This document shows positions 38,460 to 49,837 of a stretch of 64,000 nt of DNA, piece after piece; within the stretch, counting starts at the first letter, position 1, and each line of letters begins with the position of its first letter. The stretch covers positions 2,531,176-2,595,175 of the forward strand of contig NW_003314269.1 of NCBI RefSeq assembly GCF_000143415.4, written 5' to 3'. Below the pieces are notes generated by a model, which worked only from the letters and a program-made list of their open reading frames with translations, searched no databases and was not told the origin of the DNA. Origin of the DNA: Selaginella moellendorffii. Taxonomy: Eukaryota > Plantae > Lycopodiophyta. A program made the translations under genes and the position numbers.

Positions 38460-40070
38460 TTAGGGTACCCAGGTTAGGGCTTCTTCGTCGGCCAGGTTCT
38501 TGCGGGCGCCCACGAGAATACTCCATTCCATCTCACACGGATCCTCCTCAAGCATCGCTTCCGCCCCCTCGATCTGGCCGGCGCGGCCCAGGAGATCAAT
38601 CAAGCAGCGGCAGTGCTCGGGGCTTGGGACAATCCCATGCTCGGCCTCCATCTCCAGGAAGCATTCCAGGCCTCGTTCCACCAGCCCCGTGTGGCTCGAG
38701 GCAAACATTGCTGACATGAAGGTCAGTTGATCCGGCATGACTCCCTCGATCTTCATCCTCAGCACGAGATCGAGGGATTGGCGGCCATAGCCGTGATGTG
38801 AGTATGCCCCAATCAGGGCATTCCAGCAGCTCAGGCTCCGACAGTGGGAGTCTTTCTCGAATACATGCCTGGAGCTCCCCAAATCGCCAATGCGGGCATA
38901 GAAATCGATGGCAGCGCTCCTCACTTGATCGAATTGGTCGCAAGCGGCAGCCGCGGCCTCCGAGAGGATTTTTTCGCCATCTTCGATTCTCTGACAGCAG
39001 CTCAAGACGATGCTGAAAGTTATCTCGTCTGGGACGACCGATCCCTCCACCGACATCTGGGAGTACAGATCGAGAACTCTCTCGTGGAAGCCATGCCGAG
39101 CGCAAGTGAGCACCATCGAGTTCCAGCATGACAAGCTCCTTCTCGAGCTCCCAATATCCTGGAAAACTTTCCAAGACTTTTGGAAGTTGTCATGCTTGCC
39201 ATAGACGCTGACGAGTGCAGAGGCCAGCACGGGATTGGAGTCCAGGCCCCGGGAAGAGATTTCGTCGTGGATCTGGCTCGCCACCTTTCGGGACAAGGAG
39301 CCGCAAGAACAGCAAGAACAGGCAGTGAGCGCGACAACAAAGGTGACAGTGCTTGCTGGAATGCCTTCGAGGGCCATTCGACTTCGCAAGTTTAGCGCCC
39401 CACTGGGATCACCCCATCGAACCAACGCATCCATCATCGCAGTCCACCACACAGTGTCGGTACTCTGGAAACTCTGGAAGATTTCTCTGGCTTCTCGCTG
39501 ACACCCACACTTCGAGTACATATCAAGGAGAGCAGTCATCAAGTTCATCGAGACTTGGGCCTCGATTCGCTGGTGGAGTCTCTTCCCGATTCGTAGGCCG
39601 TGAGGAGCTCCAAGCTTGCTGCAAATTCCGACAGCGATGACTAGAGTGGCTTCGCTCGCTCGAACTCCAGCCAGCTCCATGCGGTGGAAGAGATCCAAAG
39701 CTACGTTGTTATGCCCATTCCGGGCATAAGCTGAGATCAACACTGTCCACGAGAAAACGTTGGGTCCGTCGCGGTCTTGTATCGACTGGAACACTGCTCG
39801 GGACTCGTCCAAGCCGCCACACTTGCCATACATGTCAATCAGGACGTTCTTGAGCAGCTTGTCAACCACGACTTTCTTCTGGATCATCTGCTGGTGGATC
39901 TTCCTCAGGCTCGAGAGTTTGTCACAGGCGCGCAGCAGAGGAAGATAAGCTTCTTTGGTGTGCTCCAACACTGAATTTAGAGCTGTTTCCAAAGCGTGAT
40001 CGACGTGCTTCCCCGTATACCACCGGACTGGAACTTTGACGAAGAACAGCAACTTGGTTCGTGCTTGCAT
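38460..40070 (-). CDS. PLS-class PPR protein, C-terminally short (no E+/DYW)
   Basis: NVLIDMYGKCG, NVFSWTVLISAYARNG, ASSHTGLVERG, HCRCLIDLLGRAG. Confidence 0.9.
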   Translation of the reverse strand: MQARTKLLFFVKVPVRWYTGKHVDHALETALNSVLEHTKEAYLPLLRACDKLSSLRKIHQQMIQKKVVVDKLLKNVLIDMYGKCGGLDESRAVFQSIQDRDGPNVFSWTVLISAYARNGHNNVALDLFHRMELAGVRASEATLVIAVGICSKLGAPHGLRIGKRLHQRIEAQVSMNLMTALLDMYSKCGCQREAREIFQSFQSTDTVWWTAMMDALVRWGDPSGALNLRSRMALEGIPASTVTFVVALTACSCCSCGSLSRKVASQIHDEISSRGLDSNPVLASALVSVYGKHDNFQKSWKVFQDIGSSRRSLSCWNSMVLTCARHGFHERVLDLYSQMSVEGSVVPDEITFSIVLSCCQRIEDGEKILSEAAAAACDQFDQVRSAAIDFYARIGDLGSSRHVFEKDSHCRSLSCWNALIGAYSHHGYGRQSLDLVLRMKIEGVMPDQLTFMSAMFASSHTGLVERGLECFLEMEAEHGIVPSPEHCRCLIDLLGRAGQIEGAEAMLEEDPCEMEWSILVGARKNLADEEALTWVP

Positions 40071-40110
40071 CGATCACTTACATGGACTAAAATCTTTTAT
40101 TCTCATCATT

Positions 40111-40854
40111 TTACAGTGTTGAGGCCCACACAACGATCTGTTGGTCGCTCCTATACATCACCAGATTCCTATCATTTTGGAGAACTAGAATCGTCGAAAC
40201 CAGCTTTCCCGGCACTGCTGTATTGGTCGCCCACACACAGAAGCTCTTGTTCTCCAACACGGCATTTCCGTCCAACTGCATCAACAAGTAGCAACCTTTG
40301 GCGTCACCAACGAAGACTGTAGGCATCCACACAACGATGCTCCCCTCCCGGAGCTTCAGATCACAGGCATCTCCCAGCTCCAACTTGTAGAGCCCGTTGC
40401 GAGAAGCGAGAGATGACCCGGGCATGAGTTTGGAGTAGCGCATGGACTTTGAGGAACCCGACCTTCCCGCAACGATCGCCAGCAGAGTCCACAGCAGGCC
40501 CAGCACTCAGCATGTACTCGACTCCAAATCGCCCGTCGACGATGGTGTAGCAGCTGAAGCGGGACTGGTGCAAGGCGTGCTTGACGTACTCGGTGAGAGC
40601 TTCAAAGGCTTGGATGAGCATGAAGCCAGGAAGAGTTTGGTCTTCGTCGGGGTCAGGATCGCATTCAGTATTGAAGAACCACAACCGGCGGTAACGGTGG
40701 AGGAGAATGATCGAGGTGAAAAGGTGGTGAGTGGGATGCTGTTGATCAGGGTGGTCAGGCCCGCGATCACCCAGTTAGGAAGTCCGGTGTCGATTAGGGT
40801 GGACAGTCCCTGCAACGAAGAAATGGTGGCAATTAGCGCTGAGAAACTCGTCAT
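40111..40854 (-). pseudogene. Novel-domain + bulb-type (GNA) lectin, diverged copy with frameshifts
   Basis: Homologous segments in three frames (GLTTLINSI..PRSFSSTV; LWFFNTECD..DGRFGVEY; SRNGLY..QLDGNAV..LQNDRNLVMY). Confidence 0.75.
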
Positions 40855-41281
40855 GGCGCTTCCAAGCATATTGACTCGTGAAATGGATTGGTATGGTTTT
40901 TTATCTGAAAGGTTTGGCGGACGATGCAAAGACAAATCTATTGACAAGTTTGCACTCCTGTCATCTTCCCAGGCTCTAACCTTTTCCACAGCCATAGTGA
41001 TAGACAAAGAAGAAAGGTATCTTTACTGGGGCAAGAATCTTGGGAAAACTAGTTTGCATGTCTAAATATTTATAGATCACCCAAAGTAAGTTTCATTTTG
41101 TGGAAATTAAAGTGTAATGTAATTTACAAAAACAATCTGTAGTTGTCTTGCATATTGGAAAAGTTCTACAGAACTTTGTCATAGGATGACTTTCCGGACC
41201 TGGGCTTGTCTCATATAGAAGAGTTACGCATATCAGAATGCAATATAATGGCGTAGAAAAGCCCAAGGCCGTGAATCTATA

Positions 41282-42149
41282 ATGGATCGGCTTTTGCTGA
41301 TGACAACCATCACCATTTATCTCTCTACGAGGGGCAAAGCCGTGGACATCTTCGACAAGGGCATCCCTCGCAAAATCGGTCCCAACTTTCGCACCGTTGT
41401 TCTTAGCGGCCTGGCCACGCTCGTCAACACAATCAGCTATGGCCTCCATATGCCCCGATCCTTCTCAGACACCGTGACAGTAGACGGCCAGGAGTGCTTC
41501 CTCCGCCTCTGGTTCTTCACCGCCGGCTGCGATGCCACGCCTGGCAACCCTGACGCCGACGCAATGCAGGGATTCCAGCTTATCAGCGCCTTCCGTGATC
41601 TCCACGATGTTGTGGGCGACGCTGTGACAGTGGGGCTACAGCTACATCACCGCAATCGATGGGCGATTTGGAATGGAGTATGCTCTCAAGGAGGCCAACG
41701 AGGAGTTAGAGGTGGCAAGAGAGGGGGCTCCAGTGATCGTCCATGGCGGCCAGGCATGCTATCCCTACTCGAACATGATCCAGAGCGGCCCAAAGGCGAG
41801 GCGCTACTCCAGGCTCACGCCGGGATCCTATCTCGTCTCTCGCAATGGGCTATACATGCTGGTGCTGGGCTTTGATTGCAACCTGGAGCTCATGGAAGGG
41901 AACATCGTGGTGTGGAGGCCTCTAATCTCGATTGGCGCCAATCGAAATTGCTACTTGCGAGTGAGGCTAGATGGAAGAGTGGTGTTTGAGAACGAGAGCG
42001 TGTGTTTGTGGACTATCGATAGCGGGGTCTCGGGCGAGTCGGTCTCGTCGGTCCTAGTGCTCCAAAACGATAGGAATTTGGTGCTGTATAGGAGTGACGA
42101 GCAAGTCGCTGTATGGGCCTCCAACACAGTGAAAGAATGGAAAATCTAA
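41282..42149 (+). pseudogene. Novel-domain + bulb-type lectin, copy with a frameshift near 41625
   Basis: Near-identical to 43099-43962, but gacgctgtgacagtggggc replaces gacgcgttgatcgaatggggc and splits the ORF. Confidence 0.8.
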
Positions 42150-42299
42150 GGCTTATGATAAGAAGCTTTATAGATCTTCAAATTTACAGTAATTTTGCGC
42201 GATCTAGGTCTTTCGATGGATCTTCAAATTTACGATAGGATGCGTGCGATCTTGTGGGATCTCTCCGAAAAAGCAGTCTGGAAGTAACCCTAGTGGCTC

Positions 42300-42560
42300 A
42301 TGAAGCTCGCGGAAGATGTATGAAATGTATTAGCTATTGAATTGGCATTTGCTTCTACAGGTGGATTTGGAGAAAATACCCACGGCTTCGTTTGGCGCGG
42401 ACCTTGCTGCCCTATGCACCAAGCCGATACGTGAAAAGATGGACGTGATTGACCTTAAACTATGGATGCCGACGTTCACAGCTCAATGGCTGTAGTGAAC
42501 AAGCACACTTTCAGCCAGCTTTGGGAACGAGCAACCCTTCTGCACTCCATGAGACGGTCG
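42300..42560 (+). pseudogene. CDC48: CDC48/p97 gene fragment with an intron
   Basis: Reads MKLAED|gt..ag|[58 protein letters not shown] with small indels. Confidence 0.8.
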
Positions 42561-43098
42561 ACTTGTAATAAGGTTTTCCTTTTAGGTGGTTGCAAATGCC
42601 TATTGTTACATTGGTGCCCTTGAGAACGTCAAGAGGGAGCTTTAAGAGTTAAGTGTTTGTTAGTAGCTGGACGTGGCTGATTCGTTGGGCTGGAACTTGT
42701 GCAGACTGTGCAATTTCTAGTTGAGAAGTTTGAGAAGTTCGGGATATTGCCGTCTAAAGGAGTCTTTGTTATATGGGCCTCCTGGATGTGGACAGACTTT
42801 GGTTGCAAATGCATCTAACATGAACTGATTTTTTTATTCCATTGGTCACAATTTTACAATGGCTACCAATGAAGAAATAAAAATAAAAAAGACCATAATG
42901 AGGTGAACAATGCAATATTGTAAAATTAAGGTCCTTGGGCACAAAGCAAATCTATATTATTAATGGCAAAATTTCCACTAGAAATTTGTCCTTAGAATGA
43001 CTTTCTAGCCCTTGATTTGTCTGCTGTAGAAGATTGATGTGTCAGAATGCAATATAACAAAGAATTTGCATAGGAAAGCTCGACCCTTGAATCCCCTA

Positions 43099-43962
43099 AT
43101 GGATCGATTTGTTCTGATGACAGCCATCACCATTTATCTTTCTACGAGGGGCAAAGCCGTGGACATCCTCGACAAGGGCATCCCTCGCAGAATCGTTCCC
43201 AGCTTTCGCATCGTTGTTGTGAGTGGCCTGGCTACGCTCGTCAACACAATCAACCTTGGCCGCCATATGCCACGATCCTTCTCGGACACCGTGATAGTAA
43301 ACGGCCAGGAGTGCTTCCTCCGCCTCTGGTTCTTCACTGCCGGCTGCGATGCCACGGCTGGTAACCCTGACGCCGACGCAATGCAGGGATTCGAGCTCGT
43401 CCGCGCCTTCCATGATCTCCACGACGTTGTCTCCGACGCGTTGATCGAATGGGGCTACAGCTATATCACCGCAATCGATGGGCGATTTGGAATGGAGTAC
43501 GCTCTCAAGGAGGCCAACGAGGAGTTAGAGGTGGCAAGAGAGGGGGCTCCAGTGATCGTCCATGGCGGCCAGGCATGCTATCCCTACTCGAACATGATCC
43601 AGAGCGGCCCAAAGGCGAGGCGCTACTCCAGGCTCACGCCGGGATCCTATCTCGTCTCTCGCAATGGGCTATACATGCTGGTTCTGGGCTTTGATTGCAA
43701 CCTGGAGCTCATGGAAAGGAACATCGTGGTGTGGAGGCCTCCAATCTTGATTGGCGCCACTCGAAATTGCTACTTGCGAGTGAGGCTAGATGGAAGAGTG
43801 GTGTTTGAGAACGAGAGCGTGTGTTTGTGGACTATCGATAGCGGGGTCGTCTCGGGGGAGCTGGTCTCGTCGGTCCTAGTGCTCCAAAACGATAGGAATT
43901 TGGTGCTGTATAGGAGTGACGAGCAAGTCGCTGTGTGGGCCTCCAACACAGTGAAAGAATGA
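43099..43962 (+). CDS. Chimeric protein: unknown N-terminal domain of about 170 aa + C-terminal bulb-type mannose-binding lectin
   Basis: Intact intronless ORF; LVSRNGLYMLVL..DCNL, LVLQNDRNLVLY (QxDxNxVxY), VWASNT. Confidence 0.85.
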   Translation: MDRFVLMTAITIYLSTRGKAVDILDKGIPRRIVPSFRIVVVSGLATLVNTINLGRHMPRSFSDTVIVNGQECFLRLWFFTAGCDATAGNPDADAMQGFELVRAFHDLHDVVSDALIEWGYSYITAIDGRFGMEYALKEANEELEVAREGAPVIVHGGQACYPYSNMIQSGPKARRYSRLTPGSYLVSRNGLYMLVLGFDCNLELMERNIVVWRPPILIGATRNCYLRVRLDGRVVFENESVCLWTIDSGVVSGELVSSVLVLQNDRNLVLYRSDEQVAVWASNTVKE

Positions 43963-44115
43963 AGACGACGAATATGCTTTTAACGGCGGATATTCTGGCA
44001 GTAGACCTAGCAGAATATTCTAATTCGCGTGATGAGCTTTGTTCCGTCAGTCAGTCAGTAACACCATTTCTTCTCTCTCCTCTCTCCACTAGGGTTTTTT
44101 GATGCCTCCTAGGGT

Positions 44116-45593
44116 ATGAGAGGGAACGCGAGCAGGGAGGCCGTGATGGCGCCCGCAAAGGACTACTTCCAAGCTCTCCCCGACGCGCTCGTCTGCCGCA
44201 TTTTCGGCGAGATCGGGCCGCTCCACAAGATCGCGCCCTGCCGCCTCGTCTGTCACCGCTGGCGAATGCTCTTCCGGGGCGTCGACTACCTGGATTTCTC
44301 CTGCGCCGATCTGGTGAAGAAGGTAAAGAAGGACGCCAAGCGCGTGCCGCTGCTGGAATCCTTCATAGGGCGGACGATCGGCGCCACGACGTGTGGAGTC
44401 CAGGATCTCCACATCACGGGGCCCGAGTTTGGGGTCGGGGCGGTGTGCATGTGGCTGCGAGCGGTGAATTCCACGCTCGAGTGCCTCACTCTCGAGGAGG
44501 ACGGGGAGGGATTCGTGCAGATGGGCAACAAGCTTCTCGAGATCTTCAAGTGCCAGCTTCTCAAGGAGGTATCTCTCTCATACTACCAGATCGATCGCGT
44601 GCCTGGCGAAGCCACGCCGCTCAAGAGGCTCACGTCTTTCACCCTCAACGACGTGTGTATCACAGACGAGGCACTCGAAGGCATCATGGAGCTCTGCCCG
44701 GTTCTAAATTATCTCGACATTTGCGACTGCTCGGGGCTCAGGTCACCTTACATTAGGCACACGGAGCTCACCACCATCTTTCTCAGCTTCCAGGAGGCGC
44801 TCACCGTCTTCACGCTGTCTGCGAGAGGGGAGAAGGATCCCAAGGTGGAGGTGATCTGCGTCAAGTGGGTGACGAAGCTCGTCGTCAAGGCCAGTGGAGT
44901 GGGGAAGATTGTAGTGCGGTCTCCTTGCGTGATTGGGCTTCCAAGGGGATCTAGTTTAGAGAAGCTGGTGCTAGAATCAAGCGAGGAGGGGGAATGGACG
45001 CTGCCGGACGTGGCTGCTGCGATTGGTGGCCTCGAGAAAACTGCGATCAAGTCGGTCGCTATTCCTGCTGCATTGAACAAGATCGAGAAGGTTGCTCCGT
45101 TAAAGTTTTTCGGCTGCATGGCCAACTGGAGTGGGCTTGAGATTGGCGGTGATCTCTTCAAGGTTCTTCCATGTCTTTCTTTTACAAAAGCTTGGTTTTT
45201 TACAGTGTTTTCTTTGTGATTATGCAGTGTTTGAGGTGCTGTAGAATGGAGGAGCTCCCGGAGCTTCCACTAAAGAGAATTGTTATTCATATGCCGTGGG
45301 TGGACGAGAAGAGCCTGGAAGTACTCAACAATCTGGTCAGGAGATGTGCGTTGCTGGAAAAGCTGTCGATTTGCGTCAAGGACAAGTCCAAGGGATGGAA
45401 GTTTGCCGACGGCCTGCTGAAGCTCCAGAGGACGATGAAACAGGTGGAGATCACACTGAGCGAAGAGAGGGACGCGCAGAGCGAGCCAAGCGATGACAAG
45501 GACGAGGAGAACGAGGACGAGAGGATTGACGAAGATGAGGAAGACGAAGATGAGGACGACGATCAAGATGACGAAGACGAAGACGACGAATAA
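44116..45593 (+). CDS. F-box/LRR protein with an acidic tail (exons 44116-45162, 45228-45593)
   Basis: FQALPDALVCRIF...CRLVCHRWR; LRRs (ITDEALEGIMELCPVLNYLDICDCSGL); phase-0 intron. Confidence 0.88.
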
Positions 45594-45734
45594 ACGTAAG
45601 TTTATCTTTGTTTTCTCTCAGCGCTAGATAGGATAGGAGTTCTTTAATCTTTGTTTCCAGGGGATTCAAAGCGTTGAAACGATCCGATTCAAGGAAACCA
45701 AAACTGTTCTTGGCAGTGGTCCACTGTTTTTTTT

Positions 45735-46183
45735 TCAGGAATCCGGGAGAAGACTGTCGAGATACATGTTGAGAATGTATCGTCCAGTCGGCTGAACTTC
45801 GAGCTTCTTCGCGCTTGGAGCATACCTTCCTTTCTTGAGCTGGTATTGGTAGACGACGCCCGAGACAATGTAGGACTCTCCACTAACTGTGACTGTCTCA
45901 CCACATTGGGTGTTCTGGGAGGAAAAAATCGTTTTTTTTCTTAAGTGGAAGCTTTGTGCTTTCTTGCTTACCGATGGAAGGCAGTGTATTCCCAAGTTTT
46001 TGGGAGGTGGAGTGACAAGAGTGACCCTGTAGTGGTGAGAGTTCGTATCGGCTCTGTCTCGCCGCTTGCAAACCGGTTGGACGAGCTTGGTCTGGAAAGA
46101 TTCGCTATGAGAATCATTGTTTCCCTGGAATTGGGTCTTACCGATCGATTGCCAAGCATTGGCCGCTTCATTGACATCGCCAT
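45735..46183 (-). CDS. Small conserved plastid-type protein of unknown function (3 exons)
   Basis: MAMSMKRPMLGNRS|TKLVQPVCK..YRVTLVTPPPKNLGIHCLP|NTQCGETV..YQYQLKKGRYAPSAKKLEVQPTGRYILNMYLDSL; resembles a conserved green-plant/cyanobacterial DUF. Confidence 0.7.
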
Positions 46184-46559
46184 GGCGAGATCGAGCAGAT
46201 CGAGCAAACAAGCTTCAATTTTTCCAGCGGTGGCGGAAACAAATGTCCTAAAATTCGAGCTGCGAGAAGACCCAATGGAATGGGAACTCGTTTCCAGCAC
46301 CTGTGTGTTGAATTCTCCTGTGGCTGCGGCGGCGCTCCACTGCGACACGGCTACACATAGCTTTGGACACGAATATCTATCTCCCAGGCAAAGAATATTC
46401 TCCTCTGCGCGGGCATGAATATATCAGGCCGCGCTGGAGGCTCAATCCAACGCCACGTGTCTGGTAAAGAAAGTAACCTGAATAATCGCTTCATCAGGTA
46501 GGGAGGGGTAAAAACTTCATCTTGAGAAGAAAATATTCCTGATGTTCTTATTATTCTTA

Positions 46560-46977
46560 CTATCTAAGTAAATCACAAACAGGTACATTGATTTTCACCT
46601 GGTTTGAAGTAGTAGTTCCCAATGGACTTCTAAATTCTACACGCATGTATGGTTGTACTCCTTCGTAGAAACGCGCATAGCCTCCCATGAAACCATAAGC
46701 AATGCAGCTATTGTAAATTTGGGTGATAGCATTATTAAAATCGTCCAAAGCCTCTAGCTTGATACATTTCGATTGCTACGTATGCGGTACCATCTAGACC
46801 CTCGTAACGTCCACGCTGGAAATTGCTATTTACCAATTGTCTCCAGCAAAGTCCCTGTGCTCTACACATGTTACGTGGATCAGTATTTGGTGTTCTTCGA
46901 GCGAAGCAGCTAACAAACGGGAACTCTGAATAAGATTTAGAAACAAGAAATAAGAGTAAGACAATTCTAAAAAACAT
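46560..46977 (-). pseudogene. Small secreted Cys-rich protein, copy with an 11-nt frameshifting deletion
   Basis: Paralog of 48676-49101; AGAGGCT-TTGGAC versus AGAGGCTACTACGTAACCTTGGAC. Confidence 0.8.
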
Positions 46978-47126
46978 TTTGCCGGTACAGCCATTGCCAA
47001 AGAGATATTTATGAGCATAATAATACGACGAGAAAAGTTTTGACATTCCAAATAATTGAAGCTGAATGATTGCTTGAAATCTTGGCATATTCAAATTATT
47101 ATGAGATGAATATTAAATGATTTGTG

Positions 47127-48455
47127 CTAAACCATATTATCAATCTTTGTAAATATGGCTGCGCCACCTTCATGACAGCCAGGCATTTCATTTGATTTGT
47201 CGATAAGTTCTTCCTGAAAGTTTAGAACAATTAATAAGAAAAGGACAAGCGCGCACACACACACACACACACAGAGAAGTTTCACTCACTCTGTTCACGA
47301 AGCAAAGCTTTGTTGACTCAAAAGAATCTGCTGCGCGGGTGTAGTGTTCTGAAATTACGCTTGAAGTCAATCGGCACTTCATGAAGAAGAATGCGGTGGG
47401 ACGAACATTCACGCTCCTGCGAGAGATGCCAATCAGCTCCGCCTCGCTCTTCACACAAAAACACGCCCGAAAGATATGAACTCAAGAAGAAAAGAACGTA
47501 ATCCTGTTTGTTCCTACCAGGGACGACGCAGGAATCCCAGTCTCTTCACAAACTTCACGGACAATACCCTCAAACATCTCATCTGCGATCTTGTTGTTCA
47601 GTTTTTCGCTGTGATCCGAGTGGCCAAGGATACCAATCTCTGAAGGCTAGCAAGCAGCGTTCTAAACTTTGGGAATACATAAAAAATACAATGTGTACCT
47701 CTGAATGGCCACCAGGAAAGACCAAATGCCCAGGATATTCGCCTACGTTTGAGCTGCGCTGCAGTAGAATGATCAGAGAGTCTAGTGTTTCCACAATTGC
47801 ACCATTTCCCAGGGGGCTGGACGTGCGCTTGCATCGAAGAACATCATCTGGGAGGGAATCCCGCATTAAATGGATAACAATCTCGAGTCTTACCAGTACT
47901 TGGCGACAAGAAATTCTCCCACTTCGGTGACAAGTTCGTCCCAACAAAAGTTCTAGTTAAGAAGAGTTTAGATCTATCGAAAAAAGAAACGATCGATCTC
48001 AGACGCATACTTGTAGTCTGTCAGGCCGAGACGAAGGCATATTTGTTGACAATCGGGGGATAGATCATAGCCGCCATACTGCACAGTTCAACAAAGCAAA
48101 AGAGAGAACAAAATCACTAGAAAAGGAGAAAAAAAGGGGAGTTTTCTTCGAGATATTACTCTGAATTTGGTGGCATTGAAGAGAGATGGATTCGCAGAGC
48201 GACGTTGATCCCATATCTAAACAGCAAAAGATGAAACAAACGATTACAGAATGCATGTAATTTTGATTTTACGTCGTCAATGCTGGCTTCCAAGCTAGCA
48301 TCTGGATGTGGCTCTCGATCGTAGAGCGGCGAGAAATCCACGCAAAGCTGGGCAAGAGACGCGATCGGCATTTCTAGAGAGCGATCGCCATTTCTTACCT
48401 GAGAGCGGCGTAGCGGTGATGGCCACTGGAGTAGCACTTGGTATGCCTTGCCCAT
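47127..48455 (-). CDS. NUDX9: Nudix hydrolase 9-like (NUDT22 family), multi-exon
   Basis: DFSPLYDREPHPD, LRLGLTDYK|TFVGTNL, SSPLGNGAIVET, VFPGGHSE|P, REVCEETGIP, DSFEST, MPGCHEGG. Confidence 0.88.
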
Positions 48456-48675
48456 GGAATGAAGAACCCTAAATTGCCCATTTCTTGTCTCTCTAGCATC
48501 GCACGAGATGCCTTGCGCTGTCCTGTGCAAATATAGAACATCACAGTCACGAAGAAATAATCAAAAGTACGTATAACAAAGGTCAAGCAAGAAACATGGT
48601 GTGAAGAGAAGAAAACTCATGAAGAGAAAGGATAGGAGAGAGATTGAAACTTTAGATTATTATTTTTCCTCTCAC

Positions 48676-49101
48676 TCAAGCTAAATCACAAATCGGTCCA
48701 TTGATTTTCACCTGATTGAAAGTAGTATGCATTGCAGGACTTCTAAATTCGACAAGCATGTATGGTTGTACTCCTCCATAGAAACGCGCATAGCCTCCCA
48801 TGTAACCGTGAGCAATGCACGTATTGTAAATTTGGGCCATAGCATTATTAAAATCGTCCAAGGTTACGTAGTAGCCTCTATGTCGAAACATTCCGATTCG
48901 TACATATGCAGTGCCGTCTAGACCCACGTAACTTCCAGTCTGCAAATTGTTGCCTACTAATTGTCTCCAGCACATACCCTGTGCTCTACACATGGACAGG
49001 GGATCAGTATTTGGTGTTCTGCGAGCGAAGCATCTAACAATCGGGTCTGAATAAGATTTTGAAATGAGAAATAATAAAAGTGGGACGATCTTAAAAAACA
49101 T
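48676..49101 (-). CDS. Small secreted Cys-containing protein of unknown family (141 aa, intronless)
   Basis: Signal peptide MFFKIVPLLLFLISKSYS; 5 Cys; conserved with the adjacent paralog. Confidence 0.8.
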   Translation of the reverse strand: MFFKIVPLLLFLISKSYSDPIVRCFARRTPNTDPLSMCRAQGMCWRQLVGNNLQTGSYVGLDGTAYVRIGMFRHRGYYVTLDDFNNAMAQIYNTCIAHGYMGGYARFYGGVQPYMLVEFRSPAMHTTFNQVKINGPICDLA

Positions 49102-49359
49102 TTTGCCTATTTGTTGTGGCTAAAGAGATGTTTATGATCATAATAAAACGACAAGGGTGTCAAGCATAGTCAAGCCGTCAGCTTAAAAAAATAATAGATT
49201 GTAGAAATTTTGAAGTCTACAAATTATTGCTTGAAATCTTGGCATTTATATTGGTATAATCGTAATTTTCCCTAATTATTATGAATATTAAATAATTAAG
49301 TCATAGAGTCATTTTTATTTCCTGAAAAATGAAATCAATACAAATTTCTACAATTCACC

Positions 49360-49835
49360 CTCACAAAGCAAAGCTGTGTTGACTCAAAAGAATCTGATGC
49401 GTGGATGTAGGTAGTGCTGCAAAACCTCGCGTGAAGTCTGTCAGCACTTTATGAAGAAGAATTCGGTGGGACGAACATTAACGCTTCTCCGAGAGATGCC
49501 AATCAGCTCGGCTTCACTCTCCCAGTCTCTTGCGGAAAATTCTCTCAAACATCTCATCTACGATCTTCTTGTTGAGTTTCTAGTTGTGATCGCTGTGAAA
49601 CCAATCTCTGAAGGCTAGCAAGTAGCGTTCTAGACTTATATGGAAAGATATATGCGAGTATGATCCGAGCAAGAGTCTGGTGGACGTGTGCTTGCATCGA
49701 AGAGTCTTATTTGTAGTCTGTCAGGCCGAGACGAAGGCATATTTGGGGATAGAACATAGCCGAGACACATATCTACAAACACAAGCTATCTAATTTCCTT
49801 TAATGAAGAACCCTAGATTTCCCATTTATTGTCTA
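49360..49835 (-). pseudogene. Heavily deleted NUDX9 duplicate
   Basis: Ordered blocks matching 47290-47450, 47540-47670, 47818-47840, 48010-48075 and 48459-48495, including intron sequence. Confidence 0.85.
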
Positions 49836-49837
49836 GA

